Below, one piece after another: positions 1 through 9,358 of a stretch of 31,954 nucleotides of DNA. Positions within the stretch are counted from its first letter, which is position 1. Each line of letters opens with the position of its first letter. Where the stretch lies: positions 1 through 31,954 of IMG/VR virus record IMGVR_UViG_3300008116_000655; one strand, written 5' to 3'. A program made the position numbers and the translations under genes. The notes under the pieces are model-generated. The model was not told the origin of the DNA. It saw only the letters and a list, made by a program, of their open reading frames with translations, and made no database searches. The DNA comes from a virus. Its lineage: Duplodnaviria; Caudoviricetes.

Positions 1-82
1 ATAAGTTTTTCACTCATGCCATAAGTGTGACACAGGGGTCTGACAAAGTGTGGGATTTCGGCGTGTCGTGATATTGTTGGGT

Positions 83-240
83 CACCTCGTAAGAGGTGGG
101 GCAGAAACTTCAGGCGACACTATACGGTGTAGCACCTAACCAACCATAAGTTTTTTATGGGGGGTAGGGGGGCATTTCTTAGGCTCTCCTGCCGGTGTAG
201 TTTTAAGCAACAAAAAAAGGGGCCACCCGAAGGTGGCCCC
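83..240 (+). ncRNA. Candidate structured non-coding RNA between the lysis cassette and the next (leftward) module
   Basis: Hairpins CACCTC-GTAA-GAGGTG (83-98, GNRA loop), GCGACAC-TATACG-GTGTAGC (114-133) and CCATAA/TTATGG (144-160); GGCAG (100-104) can pair with CTGCC (189-193); TG-A-TATTGT extended -10 at 69-77; no ORF. Confidence 0.35.
212..240 (-). terminator. Rho-independent terminator of the late operon (possibly bidirectional)
   Basis: Minus strand reads GGGGCCACC-TTCG-GGTGGCCCC-TTTTTTT, just after the holin stop. Confidence 0.9.
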
Positions 241-263
241 AATGTTTTGCCGATATTAAGTTG

Positions 264-485
264 TTAGTCGAGATCCTCTGGATCAGTCCAAAGGGCTGCT
301 TCCGTCTTTTCATTCTCGACTCTCTGAGCATACTCACCTAGACCCAAAGATGACAAGACAAAGATAATTGCTTGCTCTACTGGAATCTCTGGTGAGATGT
401 AAGAGACTACTAATGCAACAGCCGAGGAGATGAATGCAGCTACTCGAGCAGGGTTGCGGTGGATCAATGATTTGATCTTTTCCAT
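264..485 (-). CDS. Putative holin
   Basis: 73 aa with two hydrophobic segments and an acidic C-terminus; immediately follows the endolysin; last gene of the operon. Confidence 0.65.
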   Translation of the reverse strand: MEKIKSLIHRNPARVAAFISSAVALVVSYISPEIPVEQAIIFVLSSLGLGEYAQRVENEKTEAALWTDPEDLD

Positions 486-971
486 TTAGCCCTCCTTAGG
501 ACTTGGTACTTCACATTTCTGTGGGTTTCGATTCTTCAGACTTTGAATTACAGCATCTGGAGAACTGAACACTTTCTTCTTTGTCCAAGGGAACCAAGAG
601 CTTGTGTCTTTGTCGTGCTTTGGATCGATGGATATATGCATATGTTTTGAGTGTGGGTTCGATCCGGTGTACCGGCGGTCACCCTCACTTGCTCTGGCAC
701 GAGACCAGATCTTGCTATCAAAAATCAAGTAGACAACTCTCTTGTCCTGCTTGAATTTCTGAAACAGTTCGTGACAGTCTACCCCTGACTTCGGATCATG
801 GGTGAGATCTACTGCGTGTCCTGTGTTGTGGTCTGAGTTAGGACTGGCCGCAAGATGTGCAGCCGAAGGGAGTAATCCATCGCTGGCTTTCGCCCTCTTT
901 GGCCACAGCTTGGTGGCTTGTCTCAAGACTGATTTGGCAGCAGGTGTCGCCGTCTTTGCAACAGGTTTCAT
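486..971 (-). CDS. Endolysin, Zn peptidase of the M15/DD-peptidase-like fold
   Basis: Motifs SDHNTGHAVD and PHSKHMHISI (H-x6-D ... HxH); located in the lysis cassette. Confidence 0.75.
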   Translation of the reverse strand: MKPVAKTATPAAKSVLRQATKLWPKRAKASDGLLPSAAHLAASPNSDHNTGHAVDLTHDPKSGVDCHELFQKFKQDKRVVYLIFDSKIWSRARASEGDRRYTGSNPHSKHMHISIDPKHDKDTSSWFPWTKKKVFSSPDAVIQSLKNRNPQKCEVPSPKEG

Positions 972-1540
972 TCATTCTTCCTAATCCATATCTGGGAGCC
1001 AGAGTCCAGTAACTCCATCTCTTCCTTTAGTAAGGTCACAAACAGGTCTATAGCCGGCTGTGGCCGCTTCTCGAGGGGTAATTCAGCCCCCCAAAGGTAA
1101 TCATCAAAGGCCATAATTCCACCCGGTTTAAGGGCTTTCCAGCCGTTTATGGCATCGTAGAAGACAGCCTGAGCCGTATGATCCCCATCGATGTAGATGA
1201 AGTCGTATATGGCAACCTCATCAAGATCGGTGAAGAACCTAAGGCTAGGCATCTTGGCTTTAATAATCCTGTGGTAATCCTTAGTCTTCCAGTCATAGGT
1301 CTTCTCGACATCGGTGAAGTCCATCTTGTGATGAACCTCTTCGTCAGATCCCTGCCAAGTGTCTACATCGGTCAGGACTGATCCCTTACCAGTCAGTACA
1401 TTCTGCATTAGCCACAAACTGGCATCGCCTGTGAATGCCCCTATCTGTAGATAGTTCAGGTTCTCTTGATCCTTGAACCTAGATAGGTGCTTATCAAAGT
1501 ATGCAACTGCATAGCTTGCGAACCAGTTAGGGTAAGTCAT
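968..1540 (-). CDS. Class I SAM-dependent methyltransferase (Methyltransf_24-like)
   Basis: LQIGAFTG motif I, VDTW, YDFIYIDGDH, LKPGGIMAFDDY. Confidence 0.9.
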   Translation of the reverse strand: MTYPNWFASYAVAYFDKHLSRFKDQENLNYLQIGAFTGDASLWLMQNVLTGKGSVLTDVDTWQGSDEEVHHKMDFTDVEKTYDWKTKDYHRIIKAKMPSLRFFTDLDEVAIYDFIYIDGDHTAQAVFYDAINGWKALKPGGIMAFDDYLWGAELPLEKRPQPAIDLFVTLLKEEMELLDSGSQIWIRKNE

Positions 1541-1731
1541 TTCTGAATCAGAAACTCGTATAGTTTGTCAACCTTTGCCTCTAATCTGTCGACCTTATCA
1601 CGGATCGAAGATCCACCATTGGGTTTAAGTTCAGCAAGATAATGCTTTACTAACCATCGGATTGCACCAGCGAATGCGGTGACGATTGTTGTTACGGCGA
1701 CCGCAAGGCCAGCCCAGTCCAAATAGTTCAT
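1537..1731 (-). CDS. Small membrane protein with C-terminal coiled coil (lysis-associated)
   Basis: One TM helix followed by PNGGSSIRDKVDRLE, typical of actinophage lysis-region membrane proteins. Confidence 0.7.
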   Translation of the reverse strand: MNYLDWAGLAVAVTTIVTAFAGAIRWLVKHYLAELKPNGGSSIRDKVDRLEAKVDKLYEFLIQK

Positions 1732-3740
1732 TAGACAACCGTTCTCATTGTGATAGTGATGATTCCCCCAAAGTTCTCATTATTCTGAGATGGAGGAGTC
1801 ATGCGAGTGAATGCGATTTCTTCGATGACAGTATCGAAGTTTTCACCAGAGGTGAAATCCTGTACGAGAACGGTGGCACCCGATGACTCGAGTTGCTCAA
1901 GTGCTGCCAAACGGATCTTAGCTCCGTCTTCAGTTCCGAATCTGACACCTCTTCGATCGGTCTCAAAGTCGTAACACATAATAGGCATTTGGATAAGTCG
2001 TGAACGAGTAGGCGATGGAATTGCCTTGATTGCATAACCCCTAAGTTCTGCACCCTTGGTTGCATCTGTAGAGTTACGATAAAGAGTAAATGTGAGTTGA
2101 CCATTAACCTGTGGTTGAACGAATGCAGCAGAGATATCAAAGTCTGTGTTGTATTCGTTGCCTTCAGTCAAGGTAACAATCTGTGATCTTCCTTCAATGG
2201 AGTCACCATAGACTTCAATCTTTCCTTGGAGAGTCTCAGTCTCAATACGAACACGCTTCCACGCTTTCTTCTCAAGAGTTCCCCAGTTAACGATTGCTGT
2301 CTGGATTGTTCCTTCTGCTACCAGTTGTGTTGCGTGTTCAATCCACACACCACTTGCTGTGATCGAGAAGAACAACTGACCAGTTGTTGGGAAGAAGCCA
2401 AGGTTATCCACAGCTCCGGTAGCACCAGAAGCATAGATATCGCTGGCATATGGGTAGCCACCATCATCGAGTAACTGACCTAGATAGATTCGGTAGGTGC
2501 CAGATGCACCACCGATTCCTTGTCTTACTCCTGCCCAGATGTATGAGTCACGAGCTGCAAAGGAGACTACCGGGTATGTAGTTTCAAAGATTATTGGGCC
2601 ATAAACAATGGTTGCATCATCGGCAATGGCTGCAATACGAACACCACGAGATGTACCGATTGCAAGATATGTGCCAAGATAACCAAAGATAGTACGGACA
2701 GTTTCACCTAATGGGATATCTGCCACAGAGATGGCAGGGCCAAGGTTACCTGTCGTTGCATCTGGTTGAATCTTAAAGATTGCAGATTTATCTCCAGCAT
2801 AACCAGAAACATAGATAGCTCCACGACCATCAGCAATACCAGTCCATTTCCAATCATTCGGTACTGTCTTGGTATTAGCAACAGCAGTTACTGATGAAAG
2901 ATTTGAAAGGCTGCTATGGTTTGAGAAAGTAAGTTCATATACTCCAGCAATGGTTGTTCCTGAAGCAAAGGTAATACCTGCAAGCAATCTGTTCTTTACG
3001 AATTTAAGAGTCACATTAGATGCAGAAGCAATAGATGCAATGTGATAATGCTGATGAAGTGTTGGACTTCCAGAAGTAAGATTGATGTCATAGATATAAT
3101 CTGCGGTAGCGATATAAAGAGAAGATCCATCTGTTTCGGCAGCAAGGATTTCAGCAGATAGATCTGCACCAGTAAGAACTGTCGTAGCGGATCCAGCAGA
3201 GGTTATCTTAGATACACGAACAGCAGATGAAGAAGTAGAAGTAGATGTGCAGTTAATGGCAAGAACATAATCTATGTCATTAAGAGTTGCTGGGATAGCA
3301 ATAGTTCTAGCAGTAGATGAAGTGCTGGTTACATTGTAAAGCTTTGAGGTGTCCTTAAGGAGAGAAAGTTCACCAGTAGTCCATGGGTTGATACCTGTGG
3401 ATGTGAAGTAACGGAAGCGAAGAAGATCGGGATTACCTTCAAGAGCTTCTTGAAACTGAATACCTGCACCAAGATGCCATGATGTCTGAGATCGAACCCA
3501 AAGACCTGAGTCAAGGGTCTGTTCACCCGGTTCTCTGGCTTGGTCAACACGCTCATACTTCCATCGGGCAGTTGATCTACGATAAGGAACTGTGTCTGTG
3601 ATGTTGTAGAGGAATGGCAAACCACCAATAGCAACATCAAAGGCATAGGTATCTGGATCGTAGTACTGAGATGTACGACCAGTAAGATCGACAATGACGG
3701 ATTCTGTAATATCCGGTGACTTAGATACCTTTAATACCAC
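1731..3740 (-). CDS. Tail tubular protein B / nozzle-like structural protein
   Basis: 669 aa, beta-rich; SQTSWHLGAG and GINPWTTGELSLL N-terminal motifs; position after the fibre cassette; RBS AAGGAG before GTG. Confidence 0.6.
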   Translation of the reverse strand: MVLKVSKSPDITESVIVDLTGRTSQYYDPDTYAFDVAIGGLPFLYNITDTVPYRRSTARWKYERVDQAREPGEQTLDSGLWVRSQTSWHLGAGIQFQEALEGNPDLLRFRYFTSTGINPWTTGELSLLKDTSKLYNVTSTSSTARTIAIPATLNDIDYVLAINCTSTSTSSSAVRVSKITSAGSATTVLTGADLSAEILAAETDGSSLYIATADYIYDINLTSGSPTLHQHYHIASIASASNVTLKFVKNRLLAGITFASGTTIAGVYELTFSNHSSLSNLSSVTAVANTKTVPNDWKWTGIADGRGAIYVSGYAGDKSAIFKIQPDATTGNLGPAISVADIPLGETVRTIFGYLGTYLAIGTSRGVRIAAIADDATIVYGPIIFETTYPVVSFAARDSYIWAGVRQGIGGASGTYRIYLGQLLDDGGYPYASDIYASGATGAVDNLGFFPTTGQLFFSITASGVWIEHATQLVAEGTIQTAIVNWGTLEKKAWKRVRIETETLQGKIEVYGDSIEGRSQIVTLTEGNEYNTDFDISAAFVQPQVNGQLTFTLYRNSTDATKGAELRGYAIKAIPSPTRSRLIQMPIMCYDFETDRRGVRFGTEDGAKIRLAALEQLESSGATVLVQDFTSGENFDTVIEEIAFTRMTPPSQNNENFGGIITITMRTVV

Positions 3741-3831
3741 GCCAGACTCCTTGGGTTAGAAAGATTGATAAGGGTTCTTACTTACGACATTAGGCGAGGA
3801 CACCCTTGAAACTGCCTCTGTTTCGAACTAA

Positions 3832-4197
3832 TTAGGCAGGTGTTATGTCAACCCAAGACTGATTTGATTCATCCCATGAATACATTTTTCCGTCTACTGG
3901 TTGTGCAATAGGTGCTTCCCATCGGCAAGTAATTTCATTTAGATTCCAAGAGGGAAATGGTTTTTCTGAAATAAATGCATCTCTGGATGCATCATAAGTA
4001 AAACCAGTTCCGGGATAATTTTTTCTGATTGATCCATTATATGAACATTGTTTCCAATAGGTATGTCCATAAAGTCCTATTAAGAAATCAATACCAGCTT
4101 GTTCAGACTCAACACCGTCTACAGTAATGACTTCGTTGTTGACTACATGAACAGCAAGCACGATGTTGTTCTCGTCAAGCTTTGCGAAATGTGCCAT
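3832..4197 (-). CDS. Conserved phage protein associated with Gly-rich tail genes (possible fibre chaperone)
   Basis: MAHFAKLDENNIV...WKQCSYN...RKNYPG..YD..RDAFI..KPFPSW pattern. Confidence 0.7.
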   Translation of the reverse strand: MAHFAKLDENNIVLAVHVVNNEVITVDGVESEQAGIDFLIGLYGHTYWKQCSYNGSIRKNYPGTGFTYDASRDAFISEKPFPSWNLNEITCRWEAPIAQPVDGKMYSWDESNQSWVDITPA

Positions 4198-4208
4198 TTG
4201 TTTTCTCC

Positions 4209-5120
4209 TTAGAAGGTAATTGATCCATCGCCTGTAAATTTATACACACGATAGCCTGTTGGATTTGTAACTGTTGGTGATCCTGTTGTTGAAGCTGCTG
4301 CTGGATATGTATCTGGATAACGAATAATAACTATCCCAGATCCTCCAGCTTTGCCATCTCCTGATGTACGGCCACCACCACCGCCGCCTGTGTTTGCAGT
4401 TCCAGCAGTTGATGCAGGAGATCCTGAATAATTGTTATCTGCTCCAGTTCCCCCACCACCTTGGCCACCTGCACAGGTTCCAAATGATCGAGAGTATGGG
4501 CCGCCTCCGCCACCTCCAGCATAGTAAGTAGCAGTTCCGGTTATAGAACTTTGTATTCCATCTCCACCTAAACCACCATTGGTTGATGTGCCTTCTTTAC
4601 CGGGGGCTCCTGCTCCACCACCACCACCGCCAGCATAGTAACCAGAATTGGTGCCAGCATTTCCGCCATTATGTCCTTCGCTTGGCGAATAAGTTCCATT
4701 ATTTCCTTGACCACCAGAACCAATATTGCCAGAGTTTTCTCCTCCTCCGCCACCAGATCCACCATTTCCACCATCGTATGGAGTTGAACCGCCAGATTTT
4801 CCGCCGCCCCCTCCGCCAGATGAAGTGATAGTAGAAAAAACAGAGTTACCACCTGTGCCTCCAGCACCACCACCAGTACCAGCAGTACCACCGTTTCCAA
4901 CAGTAACAGTTAATGCAGACCCAGCAGTTACGGCGAGTTTGCCATCACGATAACCACCTGCACCACCACCGCCACCAAGTCCACCACCAGCGGCTCCACC
5001 TCCACCACCTGCTACAACTAAGTATTCAACATATGGTGTTTTGCTCAAAGAGGATGCACTAATAGTAGGAAATTTAACACCAGTAGATATAGATGATTTA
5101 GAAAATAGTCTATTAGCCAT
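4209..5120 (-). CDS. Glycine-rich tail/receptor-binding protein (paralog 2)
   Basis: VEYLVVAGGGGG...GGSGIVIIRY...YRVYKFTGDGSITF. Confidence 0.75.
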   Translation of the reverse strand: MANRLFSKSSISTGVKFPTISASSLSKTPYVEYLVVAGGGGGAAGGGLGGGGGAGGYRDGKLAVTAGSALTVTVGNGGTAGTGGGAGGTGGNSVFSTITSSGGGGGGKSGGSTPYDGGNGGSGGGGGENSGNIGSGGQGNNGTYSPSEGHNGGNAGTNSGYYAGGGGGGAGAPGKEGTSTNGGLGGDGIQSSITGTATYYAGGGGGGPYSRSFGTCAGGQGGGGTGADNNYSGSPASTAGTANTGGGGGGRTSGDGKAGGSGIVIIRYPDTYPAAASTTGSPTVTNPTGYRVYKFTGDGSITF

Positions 5121-6007
5121 TAGAAAGTAATGCTCCCATCACCAGTAAATTTGTAAACTCTAAAGCCATCAAAAGTAGTAACAGTTGGAGATCCTGTAGT
5201 TGAAGCAGCAGGATCATAGTAAGAAGGATATTTAATAACTACAATTCCTGAACCACCATTAGGGCCAGCATTTGCATCACCTGCTCCACCTCCACCGTTA
5301 CCGGTATTTGGTGCAGCATTTGTTCCTCTTCCATTCTCTCTTCCGTCTGATCCTGTAGTTCCTCCAGATGGGCCAGCAGCACAAAGGGAACCCCAACTTC
5401 CGCCACCACCGCCACCAATGGCGTATTCAACAGCAAAACCGGTTATTGAATTAGTAATACCCGGGCCTCCAGTTCCAGATGGCCCAATGCCACCGCTTGA
5501 ACCGCTTGTGCCAGCACCACCTGCACCACCACCCCCACCACCGGGATATGGTGCTGCATTGATTCCATTAGCACCAGCATAACCTTCTACAGGAGTATAC
5601 CCACCAGAGTTTCCACTTCCGCCAGTTCCTGTATGAACGCTTGCTCTACCAGCACCACCGCCAGAACCGCCTGATTGTGCATTCTGAGTGTTTACTTGTC
5701 CACCCCCACCACCTCCCGAAGAGGTGATCGTAGAAAAGACAGAGTTACTTCCATTAGATCCACGATTTGTTGTTGGCCCATTTGTTCCAGCTCCACCTCC
5801 ACCAACGGTTACAGTTAGTGCTGTACCTACGGTTATGGCAAATGATGTGTTTGTTCTATACCCACCTGCTCCACCACCTCCTGAACCGCCACCGCCACCA
5901 CCGGCAACAACTAAACATTCAACAGTTGGTGTTTTACCACCCTTAACAGATGGGTATTTAGATAAACCATTGTTAATTGATGATGTTGTAAATTTAGAAA
6001 TAGCCAT
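5120..6007 (-). CDS. Glycine-rich tail/receptor-binding protein (paralog 1)
   Basis: VECLVVAGGGGG...GGSGIVVIKY...FRVYKFTGDGSITF; stop overlaps the next start. Confidence 0.75.
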   Translation of the reverse strand: MAISKFTTSSINNGLSKYPSVKGGKTPTVECLVVAGGGGGGSGGGGAGGYRTNTSFAITVGTALTVTVGGGGAGTNGPTTNRGSNGSNSVFSTITSSGGGGGGQVNTQNAQSGGSGGGAGRASVHTGTGGSGNSGGYTPVEGYAGANGINAAPYPGGGGGGAGGAGTSGSSGGIGPSGTGGPGITNSITGFAVEYAIGGGGGGSWGSLCAAGPSGGTTGSDGRENGRGTNAAPNTGNGGGGAGDANAGPNGGSGIVVIKYPSYYDPAASTTGSPTVTTFDGFRVYKFTGDGSITF

Positions 6008-6029
6008 GAATGATATTACCTTTCAGTAA

Positions 6030-6362
6030 TTAAGCAGAAAGTTCAGAACCAAAAGCTGTAAATGTAAGCGATGAAGCAGCAGATGCATAGCATCTTACTG
6101 AATTTCCAGCAGCAAGGGTAATTCCCAAAGTTAATGCTACTGAATCATTAGCTGCAATAGCTACATCATATGCAATGTAGTGTTCATCAGCAATAGTTGT
6201 ACCAGAAGTTGGCTTTACAGACAAACGATAGGTACGAGCAGATGCTGATCTATTAGCAATCACAATAGAAGAAACCACCGCTGCTGAAGAAGATGGAACA
6301 GTATAAAGTTCCTCTTCTGTCGTTGCGGCCGCAGCCTTGCGACCAAGTACTTTATATGCCAT
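6030..6362 (-). CDS. Small beta-rich virion/tail-associated protein
   Basis: 110 aa, YKVLG...LYTVP...FTAFGSE; located in the fibre cassette. Confidence 0.6.
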   Translation of the reverse strand: MAYKVLGRKAAAATTEEELYTVPSSSAAVVSSIVIANRSASARTYRLSVKPTSGTTIADEHYIAYDVAIAANDSVALTLGITLAAGNSVRCYASAASSLTFTAFGSELSA

Positions 6363-6364
6363 AT

Positions 6365-6568
6365 TTATGCTCCCATGAGTAAGAACGGATCTAAAGCCCC
6401 ACCGGCTTCAGAAGCTTTGGCTAATGGTATTCCACCAGCCGTAGACCCATCGTGAACCACGATAGTCTTTTTGTCTGTATCGACTGTTACCTCTCCAGAC
6501 AAACCTGTAAATGTAGAGTGCTGACTTGTTGTGCCTCTACGCAGTTGTATTGCAAATGAACTAGGCAT
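6365..6568 (-). CDS. Stand-alone Mtd_N / hyaluronidase-N-like fibre domain protein
   Basis: IQLRRGTT..HSTFTG..GEVTVDTDKKTIVVHDGSTAGG motif; ends DPFLLMGA. Confidence 0.7.
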   Translation of the reverse strand: MPSSFAIQLRRGTTSQHSTFTGLSGEVTVDTDKKTIVVHDGSTAGGIPLAKASEAGGALDPFLLMGA

Positions 6569-6569
6569 C

Positions 6570-8183
6570 TTATGCTCCCATCATCATAAATACATCTGGC
6601 AATGGATCAGTAGTGATCGATGCCCAAGATGCACTTGAACCATTTGTTGTTAAATACTTACCAGAGTTGCCAGTCTGTGATGGTAATACATCAACGGCTG
6701 CCCAAGATGTAGCAGATCCATTTGTTGTTAAGAATTTGCCAGAATTACCAGTTTGAGATGGAACTACATATCCTGCCGCCTCAGTAGCACTTGCAGCAGC
6801 ACTTGTTGCACTTGTAGCAGCAGATGATGCTGAAGTAGATGCTGAGTTAGCAGATGTCAAAGCAGACGATGCAGATGTACTTGCACTAGTTGCCGATGTA
6901 GCAGCCGAAGTTGCACTTGTGGCTGCACTAGAAGCAGATGTAGCTGCACTATTAGCAGAAGTCTGAGCATTAGATGCAATAGTTGAGATATTGATATAGG
7001 TCGATGTAGTTGTGTCTGCATCTGTAATAGATCCCATATCACGGACAATGCCAGCACCTGTTAGACCAGTAATTGAGGTATAACTATTGGCTGCTGAGGT
7101 AGCCGATGTCGCTGCTGAAGAAGCAGAGGTTGCTGCTGAAGTTGCCGATGTAGCAGCCGAAGTGGCTGAGGTGGCGGCAGAACTTGCTGAGGTTGCTGCA
7201 CTTGATGCAGAGTTTGCGGCAGAAGTAGCAGAGGTAGCAGCAGAAGAAGTCGATCCAAAGACTGTATCGATATAAGACTTAGGTACAGCATCGGTAGATG
7301 CAGTAGGTGTAGCAAGATCAGTAATCTTGTTATTACCCATGGACAAGGCACCAGTCATGCTGTCGCCAGCCTTGGCTACCTTGGTTGCAATCGAGTTAGT
7401 TACTGTGGTTGAGAAGCTTGCATCATCATTGATTGCAGCAGCCAACTCATTGAGGGTATCTAAGGCACCCGGAGCTGCATCAACCAAGTTAGAGATCTGA
7501 GTATCTACATAGGACTTAGTGGCAGCATCTGTGTTAGCAGATGGAGTACCAAGACCAGTTACTTTGTAACCACCAGCAGCAAGGTCTGTACCTAAAGTTG
7601 CACTAGATAGTGTCTTGCTTGAAAGGGTAGAAGCAACCCCATCAAGGGTTACTGTACCTGTGGCATTAGGAAGAGTGATTGTTCGATCTGCCGTTGGGTC
7701 AACCACAGTAAGGGTTGTCTCAAAACCATCGGCAGTTGCACCTTCAAATACGACTCCTGCTCCAAGAATTTCTGGAGCTGTAAGTTTCTTATTTGTAAGT
7801 GTCTGTGAATCAGTATCACCAACAACATTACCTGTGATGCCGTGGATTCCAGATGTTGTTGGGCTTGCTGTTGATCCAAGGTGAGCGGAAAATTCATTGA
7901 AGTCACGACCCGAAATAATGTGACGAACTGTTGCACCAGCAGAGTGGGCAACATTTGAGGTACCGTCTTCTCCACGAGTGACATTGAGTGTCGTTCCACC
8001 ACCAGAAGAAGTGACCGTAATGATTTCTTCTTTGTTGGTATCTGGATCGATAACCAGAGAATATGGATAGTTGGTTGGGAAGCCAGTCGTTAGATCCAAA
8101 GTAATCGAGGTAACAACACCATCGATTGAGGATGATAGCGAGGCTTGCTTTGCCGTTGAGGCATAGTATCTAGTTTGTGCCAT
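6570..8183 (-). CDS. Tail fibre protein
   Basis: 537 aa; DAATKSYVD, APGALDTLNELAAA, SAATSAT repeats and duplicated PSQTGNSGKxLTTNGS..SW. Confidence 0.8.
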   Translation of the reverse strand: MAQTRYYASTAKQASLSSSIDGVVTSITLDLTTGFPTNYPYSLVIDPDTNKEEIITVTSSGGGTTLNVTRGEDGTSNVAHSAGATVRHIISGRDFNEFSAHLGSTASPTTSGIHGITGNVVGDTDSQTLTNKKLTAPEILGAGVVFEGATADGFETTLTVVDPTADRTITLPNATGTVTLDGVASTLSSKTLSSATLGTDLAAGGYKVTGLGTPSANTDAATKSYVDTQISNLVDAAPGALDTLNELAAAINDDASFSTTVTNSIATKVAKAGDSMTGALSMGNNKITDLATPTASTDAVPKSYIDTVFGSTSSAATSATSAANSASSAATSASSAATSATSAATSATSAATSASSAATSATSAANSYTSITGLTGAGIVRDMGSITDADTTTSTYINISTIASNAQTSANSAATSASSAATSATSAATSATSASTSASSALTSANSASTSASSAATSATSAAASATEAAGYVVPSQTGNSGKFLTTNGSATSWAAVDVLPSQTGNSGKYLTTNGSSASWASITTDPLPDVFMMMGA

Positions 8184-8186
8184 TCG

Positions 8187-9089
8187 TTACCTCTTATAGT
8201 GGAGTCGGGGAGGATAAAGATCTCGTAGTCCAGCAGCTTCTTGCTGAAGTCGCTGAGTGTAAAGACCAAGGTAGAACCGAGCCGTTGAGGATCCTGCCCC
8301 AATAGGCTTGGTTTGATCGAGCATATCTGACTCGACAGATTGTGCAGGTACTCGAGCTGCATCGATATTCATAAGCAGACGAGCCATGGCACCGTATGTA
8401 ATACAGTCAACTGAACTTGATGGGAAACCTGTAACGGTTTCATACACATCACTATCAGAAGTCAGTACTGATGGAGCTTTAGCATAGACAACCTGAACTG
8501 TACGACCCGGATCGATAGAGTCAAAGATATTGATTGTCTTGCCATTGGCAAACTCTGTTGTGTTGGCTACCTTATCGGTATTGTAACGCCGAACATTGAG
8601 CCATTCTTTAGTAGATCCAATGGTCTGCCACTTAACATCAAGAACATATTCTGTAGTCGCTGGAAGCGAGTAAGTAGTTACTGCTGAGTTGAAGGAGAAG
8701 GTGTGGGTTCCTACTGCAAAGAGTTCTGGGTAGGAAGCCTGAATAGTATCGTTGATTGCATCCTTGATGAGTTTACGAGGATAGACAGGAGCAATAAGAA
8801 CCTTGGCATTATTGGCAGCAGTTGCTGCTGTAGTACCACGGAATCCTCGACCCCAAGGTGCAACGGTGACAGTCTTGGTTAGGTTGTCGACCTTATCTAC
8901 ATAGATGAGTTCATCACCAATCTCGATAAGACCACGACCCATCTGGTTGGTTTCATTCACAATAAATGTGGTAGCAGATGAAGTGATACCAGCCGCTTGA
9001 TTGATCCAAGTAGCAGTCTCTTGTTGAGCTGCACCACTTTGGATATTGAATGCAACCTTATCTACGAGTTGACCAAAAGTAATTGACAT
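8187..9089 (-). CDS. Head-tail adaptor / tail tubular protein A-like
   Basis: 300 aa, between the capsid-associated genes and the fibre; IEIGDELIYV...GRGFRGT domain. Confidence 0.6.
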   Translation of the reverse strand: MSITFGQLVDKVAFNIQSGAAQQETATWINQAAGITSSATTFIVNETNQMGRGLIEIGDELIYVDKVDNLTKTVTVAPWGRGFRGTTAATAANNAKVLIAPVYPRKLIKDAINDTIQASYPELFAVGTHTFSFNSAVTTYSLPATTEYVLDVKWQTIGSTKEWLNVRRYNTDKVANTTEFANGKTINIFDSIDPGRTVQVVYAKAPSVLTSDSDVYETVTGFPSSSVDCITYGAMARLLMNIDAARVPAQSVESDMLDQTKPIGAGSSTARFYLGLYTQRLQQEAAGLRDLYPPRLHYKR

Positions 9090-9358
9090 TATGACTCTCT
9101 TGCTCTTAGGGCAGCAGCAGGAGCCTTATCGGTTGTGCCACCAAGTTGATTACATACACCACGAAGGTCTTTGTAATTAGGTCTGGTATTACCAGCCTTG
9201 ACATTCAAGGCACCAACGACATCCAGACCAGTTGTGCCAGCCCAAGTGTTTGCAGCCAATGCATCATCAACATAACTCTGTAACGCTGGATAAGTGCCAC
9301 CATTAGCAAGACGATTAAGTTCTGCTGTAAATGTGCTTCCGTTAGTACCTGTTGCCAT
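9089..9358 (-). CDS. Hypothetical virion protein
   Basis: 89 aa ORF translationally coupled (TAATG) on both sides. Confidence 0.65.
   Translation of the reverse strand: MATGTNGSTFTAELNRLANGGTYPALQSYVDDALAANTWAGTTGLDVVGALNVKAGNTRPNYKDLRGVCNQLGGTTDKAPAAALRARES

Noticed and set aside
1-17. Start of a leftward gene (ATG at 17, MSEKL)
   Set aside because: Too short at the window edge to support a call
4726-6029. Pro-rich plus-strand ORFs
   Set aside because: Antisense shadows of the Gly-rich genes
6790-7250. Tandem repeats as a CRISPR array or DGR
   Set aside because: They are codon-level SAATSAT repeats in the fibre; no spacers, no reverse transcriptase and no adenine-specific TR/VR pair was seen
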